A DNA stretch of 29,940 nucleotides, taken from assembly GCA_013166835.1 (NCBI GenBank), contig JABLTI010000023.1, forward strand, positions 1 to 29,940, read 5' to 3'. The first letter of the stretch is position 1. Each line of letters starts with the position of its first letter. The stretch comes from Promethearchaeati archaeon (GTDB lineage Archaea; Asgardarchaeota; Heimdallarchaeia; JABLTI01). Shown here piece after piece: positions 17,725-24,907 of the stretch. The notes under the pieces are model-generated. The model made no database searches and had not been told where the DNA came from. It worked only from the letters and a program-made list of their open reading frames with translations. The translations under genes were made by a program, and so were the position numbers.

Positions 17725-17808
17725 AAAAATATAAATCCTTTTCAATCGCAATCGTTATGTAATTAGAGAGATGTGACTGAACATATCACTCTAGTAAACA
17801 GTAAGGAG
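17725..17808 (+). promoter_or_regulatory. rps6e promoter and leader: TATA-like box, 5'-UTR hairpin, SD
   Basis: AAAAATATAAAT at 17725-17736; imperfect hairpin at 17764-17793; AAGGAG at 17803-17808. Confidence 0.5.
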
Positions 17809-17817
17809 CAAATATAA

Positions 17818-18201
17818 TTGGCAAAATTTCAATTAAACATTGGCGACCCTAAATCTGGTAAAAGCTTCAAAACCGTTATAGAAGGTGGAAAAGCTACTTT
17901 ACTTATTGGTAAAAAAATTAGTGAAGAAATTGAGGGTGGGCCACTTGGTTTCCCAGGCTACATTTTCAAAATCACTGGTGGAAGTGATAAAGATGGTTTT
18001 CCTATGAAAAGCAATCTTGAAGGTCCTATTCGTAAAAGGATCCTCACCACTAGCGGTCAAGGTTTTAGAATCAAAGAACACGGACTCAGAAAGAGGAAAT
18101 TAGTAAGGGGAAATACTATTAGTGATGACATCTATCAAGTGAATATTAGAATCGTTGAAATGGGTAAGAAGAAGATAGATGAATTAATTACCACAGGATA
18201 A
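17818..18201 (+). CDS. rps6e: 30S ribosomal protein S6e
   Basis: LIGKKI, KITGGSDKDGFPM, GLRKRKLVRGNTI, QVN. Conserved position before aIF2gamma. Confidence 0.96.
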   Translation: MAKFQLNIGDPKSGKSFKTVIEGGKATLLIGKKISEEIEGGPLGFPGYIFKITGGSDKDGFPMKSNLEGPIRKRILTTSGQGFRIKEHGLRKRKLVRGNTISDDIYQVNIRIVEMGKKKIDELITTG

Positions 18202-18225
18202 TAATAACTGGAGAATAGAATCGTT

Positions 18226-19665
18226 TTGAGTAAAGAAATCACTTCCAAACCAAAAGAAGAGTCAAAAACAGAAACTACTGTTAGTGAGAGCGAAAAAGCT
18301 ACTCCCGCTAGTAGTGTCAAAGAGGTTAAAGAAACTGAACCAAAGACCACTGAAGAATCCAAAATAAAGAAAGCAAAAGTCACTAAAACCTCTAAAGTTA
18401 AAATCTCTAAAAAAGAAGTGGAAGTAGACCCAGACGCCTATTCTACTGGGAAACAAGCAGAAGTCAATATCGGAACTATTGGTCATGTTGATCATGGAAA
18501 ATCAACACTCGTGAAAGCCTTAACAGGCATTTTTCCTGACACTCATTCTGAAGAGCTAAAACGAGGAATTACTATTCGATTAGGATATGCTGATACTGAT
18601 ATCCGATATTGTTCCAAATGTCCTGAAGACAGCAGATGGACAACTGAAGCTATTTGTCCAAAATGTAAAGCTGAAACCAAAGTAAAACGCAGGATTTCTT
18701 TTGTTGATGCACCCGGTCACGAAGTCTTGATGGCAACCTTATTGACAGGTGCTGCAATTTTTGATGGAGCGATTTTGGTTATCGCTGCCAATGAGAAATG
18801 TCCACAAGCCCAAACTCGAGAACATCTAGCTGCTATGGATGCAGTTGGAATTACTAATATTATTATTGTTCAAAACAAAGTTGAACTTGTTACAGAAGCT
18901 GAAGCTACGAAGAGCTATAATGATATCAAAGCTTTCGTAAAAGGAACAGTTGCAGAGGGAGCACCAATTATTCCAATGAGTGCCGTTCATGGTGCGAACT
19001 TGGATATTTTAGTTAAAACAATTGAAGATGTTGTTAAAACTCCAAAAAGAGATGAAAAAGTTGAACCTCGAATGTTTGTTGCTCGATCTTTTGAAGTTAA
19101 TAAACCGGGAACAGCCCCTAGAGATCTCTTAGGGGGAGTACTTGGAGGATCTATTATCCAAGGTGTTTTGAAAGAAGGGGATGACATCGAAATTGTTCCT
19201 GGAACAAGAATTAACAAACAATACATTCCTGTGAAAACTAAAATTACAAGTATTCATGCAGGAACTCTTGGTAAAGTCAAAGAAGCGAAACCAGGAGGTT
19301 TAATGTCTATACGCACAGAAATTGATCCTGCTTACACTCGTTCTGATAGTTTAGTTGGAAATATTATTGGTAATCCGAGTAAACTTCCACCGGTATTAGA
19401 TGAATTGAGTTTGAAAGTTAAACTAATGGATTATGTTGTTGGGTTGGAGGAAAGAACTAAAGTAAAGAGTTTAGCAGTAGGTGAGCAACTTATGCTCAAT
19501 GTTTGGACTGCTATTACTTTAGGAGTTATTACCAGTATTGGGAAAGGTAATGTAGCTGTTGTAAAACTTGCTAGACCCGTCTCTGCTGAGAAAAATACTC
19601 GAGTAGCGGTTTCAAGACGTATTGCAAATCGTTTTAGACTCATTGGTTTTGGAATTACTCAATGA
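18226..19665 (+). CDS. eif2g: Translation initiation factor aIF2 gamma subunit, with long N-terminal extension
   Basis: QAEVNIGTIGHVDHGKST, HSEELKRGITIRLGYA, Zn knuckle CxxC..CxxC, SFVDAPGHE, QTREH, QNKVE, RSFEVNKPG, RFRLIGFG. Confidence 0.97.
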   Translation: MSKEITSKPKEESKTETTVSESEKATPASSVKEVKETEPKTTEESKIKKAKVTKTSKVKISKKEVEVDPDAYSTGKQAEVNIGTIGHVDHGKSTLVKALTGIFPDTHSEELKRGITIRLGYADTDIRYCSKCPEDSRWTTEAICPKCKAETKVKRRISFVDAPGHEVLMATLLTGAAIFDGAILVIAANEKCPQAQTREHLAAMDAVGITNIIIVQNKVELVTEAEATKSYNDIKAFVKGTVAEGAPIIPMSAVHGANLDILVKTIEDVVKTPKRDEKVEPRMFVARSFEVNKPGTAPRDLLGGVLGGSIIQGVLKEGDDIEIVPGTRINKQYIPVKTKITSIHAGTLGKVKEAKPGGLMSIRTEIDPAYTRSDSLVGNIIGNPSKLPPVLDELSLKVKLMDYVVGLEERTKVKSLAVGEQLMLNVWTAITLGVITSIGKGNVAVVKLARPVSAEKNTRVAVSRRIANRFRLIGFGITQ

Positions 19666-19692
19666 GTGATTTTTTTATGGGGAGGTAATAAT

Positions 19693-20097
19693 TTGACCCT
19701 TTATGTTGTGCTAGATACAAATATTCTTTTGTTAGCTTCTGAAGGAAAGTTTAATGTTACTAGGGAGATTGAAAGAATTGTTCCCCAGAAACATGAAGTA
19801 GTTTATCTCTCGGCATGCTTGAAAGAACTAGAATTTCTAGCTGAAAAACCAAAAATGTCTCGTAAAATCCTTTTTGCTAAGAAACTACTTGAGTCTTTAC
19901 AGATAGTTGAATTTGATCTAACTGAGGACATAACAATTGATGATAAGATTGTTCAATACGCCATTGAAAATAAATCTCAATGCGTGATTGTTACAAATGA
20001 CAATGAATTGAAAAAGCGTTTACTAGAACATAGCATTGCTGTTATTTTTATTCGATCAAAAAGTCATTTAGAACTTGTCGGAACATTACCAACTTAA
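19693..20097 (+). CDS. PIN-domain protein (Fcf1/Utp24-like)
   Basis: VLDTNIL, EL, DD.I, VTNDNELKKR. GGAGGT SD at 19681-19686 supports the TTG start at 19693. Typical archaeal neighbour of aIF2gamma. Confidence 0.88.
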   Translation: MTLYVVLDTNILLLASEGKFNVTREIERIVPQKHEVVYLSACLKELEFLAEKPKMSRKILFAKKLLESLQIVEFDLTEDITIDDKIVQYAIENKSQCVIVTNDNELKKRLLEHSIAVIFIRSKSHLELVGTLPT

Positions 20098-20106
20098 TGG
20101 TAAAGA

Positions 20107-20658
20107 TTAATCGGTTCTTTGCCAAGAAGCTTTTAATGCAATTACCTCATCTAGGATTGTTTTCGCAGATTTTTCCATGATTATCACTTCAACCCCTGCT
20201 TGCTTCAATAAGTCTATTCCTTCGGTATCCGAATAATGCCCTGAGAGAACCACTCGTTTTATCATCGAATTAATAATCATTTTCGCACAGATTTTGCATG
20301 GGAAACCAGTAACATAAATAGTACCATTTTTAGTAGATTCTCCGTGTATTGCACATTGGATTATTGCGTTTTGTTCACTATGGACACCTCTACAAATTTC
20401 GTGTTGTGTACCACTCGGAATCCCAAGATCATCTCTTAAACAACCAATTTCAATGCAATGAGGCATATCTTTAGGCGCACCATTATAACCAGTAGATATG
20501 ACATGATTATTTTGAACGATCACAGCACCAAACTGTCTTCGTAGACAAGTAGATCTGGTTGATACTAGTTCAGCCATAGCTGTGAAATATTCGTCAACAG
20601 TGGGCCTTTTACGAACTGATTTTTTGTCTTTCTTTGATTGATTTTTTTTCTCTGACAA
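20107..20658 (-). CDS. dCMP deaminase family (ComEB-like)
   Basis: RSTCLRR, GAVIV, TGYNG.P, HSEQNAI, PCKICAKMIIN. Confidence 0.92.
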   Translation of the reverse strand: MSEKKNQSKKDKKSVRKRPTVDEYFTAMAELVSTRSTCLRRQFGAVIVQNNHVISTGYNGAPKDMPHCIEIGCLRDDLGIPSGTQHEICRGVHSEQNAIIQCAIHGESTKNGTIYVTGFPCKICAKMIINSMIKRVVLSGHYSDTEGIDLLKQAGVEVIIMEKSAKTILDEVIALKASWQRTD

Positions 20659-20748
20659 TTTAGTAACCTCATTTTTATACTATAAAAGAGCAAACTAATT
20701 TTAAGTGTAATGTTATAGTGTATAATAATATTTTCTGGGGAATTCAAA

Positions 20749-21597
20749 ATGGCCTTTAATAAAGAATTTCTGAAGCATTTTATTGATAAAAGAAATGATC
20801 TAGACTGGTTTACTAATTATTATAGAAGTACACCTGGTTCTTTTAATTATGAGATAATCTCAAAATGTATACAGAAATACCTCCCACCAGAAGACAGCTT
20901 GATACTAGATATTAGTTTGGATCCAGGTATTTTCTCAGAAATAATTGCTCAAGCTAATAGACGATTGGTCATTGCAGATATCTCCGAGGAACAAATAAAA
21001 ACTACTCGAGAGAAATTTGAAAATCTGGGAATAAACTCACAAATAGATCAATTTGCGATTGTTGATGACGTTTATGATTTAAGTCATTTCCAAAGCAATT
21101 CTTTTGATATGACAATGAGTCTCTTCAGTACATTATCATATACTTGTGAAAAAAGAAACAAATTCTTCAATGAAATAGTTCGGATTACCAAAATTGGAGC
21201 TCCCATACTATTTACTGTTAAAAATAAGATTGCTTTCCTTCGTTCCCTTGTTAGAGAAAATAAAATTGAAAAACTTGTCTCGACAACAAAGTCTGGTATT
21301 TGGGAGATGCTTGATACCCATTATAAGCAATTTGAAGAATTCCCTGATGAACCTGCTTATTATGCATTTACAAGTAAAGAACTCATAGGGTTCTTAGAGA
21401 AATATGACTGTGAAATTCTCGAAATGTTTGCAGTAAATAGTCTTAATTTGAAGGATTCCAAAGTAATGTCGAAACTCCGTGAAAACGAAGAAGCTTGGAA
21501 TAATTTGTTGGAAATGGAAAAGAGAATATCAAGTGATATTGGTTTAATTGATTCTGGTGAGGAAATTCTGGTAGTTGTTAGAAAAAAAGTGATCTAG
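20749..21597 (+). CDS. Class I SAM-dependent methyltransferase-fold protein with degenerate motif I
   Basis: ILDISLDPG, ADIS, DLSHFQSNSFD, EIVRITKIGA. Confidence 0.75.
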   Translation: MAFNKEFLKHFIDKRNDLDWFTNYYRSTPGSFNYEIISKCIQKYLPPEDSLILDISLDPGIFSEIIAQANRRLVIADISEEQIKTTREKFENLGINSQIDQFAIVDDVYDLSHFQSNSFDMTMSLFSTLSYTCEKRNKFFNEIVRITKIGAPILFTVKNKIAFLRSLVRENKIEKLVSTTKSGIWEMLDTHYKQFEEFPDEPAYYAFTSKELIGFLEKYDCEILEMFAVNSLNLKDSKVMSKLRENEEAWNNLLEMEKRISSDIGLIDSGEEILVVVRKKVI

Positions 21598-22470
21598 TTA
21601 TTTTTGTTTTAATCGTTTCTTTATATTTGTAAGAACAGAATATGGAATTGCCACACACCCAATCATTGTTCCGTTATTGATTTCTCCATGACAATCACTT
21701 CCACCACTTTCTAATAAATCATATTTTTTCGCTAATGCTTGTAATTTATCAATATCTTCATGAGAATGTGCTGGATAATAAATTTCTAAGCCTACTAAAC
21801 CAGCTTCTTTTAATTCCTGTATTAATCTCTCTAATTCTATTTTCTCTGAAATATGACATGGGTGAGCTAATATTGGGATAGCTCCTATGTTATTAAGAAA
21901 TGATACAGCTTCAATTGGAGTTAATTTATATCTTGGAATATAGGCTGGTTTTCCTCGGTTAAGATATTTCTCAAATGCTTCATCTATTGTTAGAATAATT
22001 CCCTTTGCAATCATCACTTCTGCTATATGCGGACGACCAATAAAACCACTTGCGATATTTTTTACATCATTAAAATCGATTTTCGGACCAATATCTAAAG
22101 AATTGATTTTTTCGATAATTTTCTTTGCTCTTATTTCTCTAGCATTTTGTATTTCATGTGTTAGTTTCAATAATTCTTTGTTATGATAATCCACAAATAG
22201 ACCTACAATGTGAATGCTTACAGAATTTATTTCCGTACTGAATTCTATGCCAGGTATTACTTCTATAGGTTCGTTTTCCGCTACCTCTAATGCTTCTTTA
22301 ATTCCTCCAACAGTGTCATGATCTGTTATAGCTATTGCTTTCAATTTTAATTCTAAAGCAATTTTAACAACTTGATTTGGAGAAAACGTTCCATCTGATG
22401 CTGTTGTGTGAAGATGTAAATCTATAAATGATTGGTTATCATTCGTAGAATCTAAATTGTTTTTTGGCAT
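21598..22470 (-). CDS. PHP-domain metallophosphoesterase (YciV/TrpH, RNase AM-like)
   Basis: DLHLHTTASDG, AITDHDT, PGIEFS, HIVG, GRPHIA, LAHP, GLEIYYP.H, GGSDCHG. Confidence 0.92.
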   Translation of the reverse strand: MPKNNLDSTNDNQSFIDLHLHTTASDGTFSPNQVVKIALELKLKAIAITDHDTVGGIKEALEVAENEPIEVIPGIEFSTEINSVSIHIVGLFVDYHNKELLKLTHEIQNAREIRAKKIIEKINSLDIGPKIDFNDVKNIASGFIGRPHIAEVMIAKGIILTIDEAFEKYLNRGKPAYIPRYKLTPIEAVSFLNNIGAIPILAHPCHISEKIELERLIQELKEAGLVGLEIYYPAHSHEDIDKLQALAKKYDLLESGGSDCHGEINNGTMIGCVAIPYSVLTNIKKRLKQK

Positions 22471-22490
22471 AATATCTGACCTACAATTAT

Positions 22491-23819
22491 CTAGTCAAGA
22501 ATGTCTTCAACAACTGCTGCAGCGATTACTCTACCTTTCTTCCTAAGGATAACTCTACCCAATTTGGGAATATCACTTTGTTTTTCAGCTACGATTGGAT
22601 TTTTGGTTTGTAGTATTACACTCGCTACTTCCTCTGTGAAAACCATAATTGGTTTTCCATCGATGTCTCGGGGAGTATTCTTATATTTACTATTCTTCAA
22701 GTGAACTTTTTCAATTGATTCTATTTCAGCTTCAACATGATTTGATCCTACATGTAGAATCAAGATATTTCCTAAAACGAGTGGTTGTACACCAAGATAA
22801 AGTAAACGAACTTTCATTCTTGGTTTTGAGGATGGAATTTGTTTATCAAGACCAATTACGGCGCCTCTTAACAAGTCTTCCTCGGCTTCACCCTTCAATA
22901 AGAAATTAATATCCATACCAGAACTTGCAGTAGAAATCTCTTCTTCATCATCCCAGAGGGTTTTCACAGTAGCTTTTCGAATTCCAGGTGCAACTACAAC
23001 TCGATCATTAACCTTGATTTTACCACTTATTATACGTCCATAGCCCACAAGACCTATACCAGGTTCTTGATAGGCATCATAGACAACTAAGCGAAGTTCT
23101 TTATCTGAAAGATCTTCTGGAACGCTAATTTTAGCAATTGCTTCTTTCAATGTCGGACCTTTATACCAAGGAATTTTCTCGCTATGAGTTATGAAATTGT
23201 CTCCTTCTAATCCACTAATTGGGATAAAGGGAATTTTATCTATCATTTTTATCCAAGGGCTTTGTATTTTCTTCAAAAAATCCACTAGAATTTGTTTGCA
23301 TTCTTTGAATCTTTCTTCAGAATATTTTGCATTATCCATTTTATTAACGACTACAATAACATCTTTGATTCCGAGAACTGAAGCTATTAGTGTATGTTCA
23401 AGAGTTTGACCAGAAGGAGTTAGTTCATCACCAGCTTCTAATCCTGCTTCAATTTCACCTTTACCTGCACTAATAACAAGAATACAGGCATCTGCAGTGC
23501 TTAATCCAGCTATGGTGTGTTTTGTAAAATCTCTGTGACCAGGATTATCAATTAAAACAAAATCGCGATTATCAATTTCAAAACGTCGAAATGCTATGTC
23601 CATAGTTTTTCCTTTTTCCTTTTCTTCTTGGAACGCATCCAAAATATACGCCCATTTCCAAGAGGACATTCCTAACCCATCTGCGTCTGTTTCATGTTTT
23701 TTCATTACTCGCGGATCTACAGCACCGATTTGGTATAGAAAATGACCCATTAAGGTAGATTTACCATGGTCGACGTGACCGATAACTGCTATACTGGTTA
23801 ATGATTCTTTCTTTGACAT
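22491..23819 (-). CDS. Divergent EF1A-family translational GTPase (eRF3/Hbs1-like paralog)
   Basis: G1 GHVDHGKST, switch I EEKEKGKT, G3 DNPGHRDF, GQTLEH, G4 NKMD, G5 SGL, PWYKGPTL. Domains II and III end in LGRVILRKKGRVIAA. Confidence 0.9.
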   Translation of the reverse strand: MSKKESLTSIAVIGHVDHGKSTLMGHFLYQIGAVDPRVMKKHETDADGLGMSSWKWAYILDAFQEEKEKGKTMDIAFRRFEIDNRDFVLIDNPGHRDFTKHTIAGLSTADACILVISAGKGEIEAGLEAGDELTPSGQTLEHTLIASVLGIKDVIVVVNKMDNAKYSEERFKECKQILVDFLKKIQSPWIKMIDKIPFIPISGLEGDNFITHSEKIPWYKGPTLKEAIAKISVPEDLSDKELRLVVYDAYQEPGIGLVGYGRIISGKIKVNDRVVVAPGIRKATVKTLWDDEEEISTASSGMDINFLLKGEAEEDLLRGAVIGLDKQIPSSKPRMKVRLLYLGVQPLVLGNILILHVGSNHVEAEIESIEKVHLKNSKYKNTPRDIDGKPIMVFTEEVASVILQTKNPIVAEKQSDIPKLGRVILRKKGRVIAAAVVEDILD

Positions 23820-23869
23820 TACTGTTTCCTCTAGTCATTATATTATAAAATATTTTAGTAGAAAAGATT

Positions 23870-24259
23870 TTAGAAGAATGCTGGTTTTCCATCTAATTGA
23901 ATGATGGGTAAATAATTCCATTTTGTGGATGCGGGAGTTGATTCACAGAAATCCCACTTCTCTGACTCTATAGAGCTATATTTAATGAATTTACTATTCT
24001 TTGGTTTTTCGTCCAAAACATGAAAGAAATACATTGGTAATCCTCTTAAATTGAAATATCCAGCTACACCTGTAAGGAATCCAATATGCCATTTCTTACT
24101 TATATCATCTTTAAAGAATAGAAAATTCAATCCAACATTTCTTACAGCACTAAAGAAAGCCATTCGTACTAAATCATCCATTGATGCAAGTTTCATTTTA
24201 ACAACTGGATGTAATCCATGTTTTCCTTCCATTTGTGAATGTTTTGTTTCTTTTTCCAT
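23870..24259 (-). CDS. Conserved archaeal hypothetical protein (resembles proteins annotated 'cren protein')
   Basis: 129 aa. SMDDLVR, GLPMYF, FIKY and YLPIIQL..KP.F recall this small family (from memory). Confidence 0.6.
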   Translation of the reverse strand: MEKETKHSQMEGKHGLHPVVKMKLASMDDLVRMAFFSAVRNVGLNFLFFKDDISKKWHIGFLTGVAGYFNLRGLPMYFFHVLDEKPKNSKFIKYSSIESEKWDFCESTPASTKWNYLPIIQLDGKPAFF

Positions 24260-24387
24260 TTTTCGTCCTCAATCGTTTCGCTATTCTATCTACTTTAATT
24301 TTCTTTCTATATGTTTATCATAAAAATCTATGAAAACCCTTCTAATATGGATTTTTTTATTTTAATATTTAAATTAAACAAATTTTT

Positions 24388-24813
24388 CTACAAAAATACT
24401 TTTCTCAATCTGTCTTCAGGACGATAAATAAGATCACCAAATTTCTTTGTAATGATTTCTTTGAAATCCTCGTATTCATTTAGACAACCCATATTTACAT
24501 TGTCAAATGCTTCATGAAAAGCAATAGCAATTGAATGTATTAAGACTTTTATTGTTCCTGGTCTATCAACACTATCACAGATAGAATAAACAGTTACTAC
24601 TTGTTTGTCTTTTAATGTGTTTTTGTGGAGAAAAATACTATATTTTTTCATTTTGAAGGTTTCAGTTTCATCATCGAAGATTTCGACTGCAAAAGCTTGT
24701 ATTGCTTCCAATAACCCAGCAGTTAACAAAGAATCAGTTGCTTTGTCATCATAGTAATTAATCTTAACTATGGGGATTCCTCCAAACATAACACCGGCTT
24801 CTAGAACTGCCAA
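24388..24813 (-). CDS. Longin-like domain protein (Asgard type)
   Basis: GGIPI, DSLLTAGLLEAIQAFAVE, beta-hairpin, then helices ..AFHEAF..YEDFKEII. TTG start with GAGGA SD. Confidence 0.7.
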   Translation of the reverse strand: MAVLEAGVMFGGIPIVKINYYDDKATDSLLTAGLLEAIQAFAVEIFDDETETFKMKKYSIFLHKNTLKDKQVVTVYSICDSVDRPGTIKVLIHSIAIAFHEAFDNVNMGCLNEYEDFKEIITKKFGDLIYRPEDRLRKVFL

Positions 24814-24907
24814 CCTAATTCTTCCTCAATAGTTATACTCAATTGATTTTATCCAAACTGGAAAATAGAACTTAATTAATTTTTCTTTTATAAACTTATA
24901 AGAGTAA

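Noticed and set aside
19663-19692. TGA readthrough/selenocysteine fusion of aIF2gamma with the in-frame PIN ORF
   Set aside because: aIF2gamma ends at its normal C-terminus, and a strong GGAGGT SD precedes an independent TTG at 19693.
19693-20097. VapC toxin of a toxin-antitoxin pair
   Set aside because: No antitoxin gene. The position after aIF2gamma is the conserved Fcf1/Utp24-like context.
22491-23819. CysN, SelB or canonical aEF1alpha
   Set aside because: No cysD neighbour or GSVDDGKST, no SelB domain IV. It lacks the conserved RGxTI switch and other near-invariant aEF1alpha segments.
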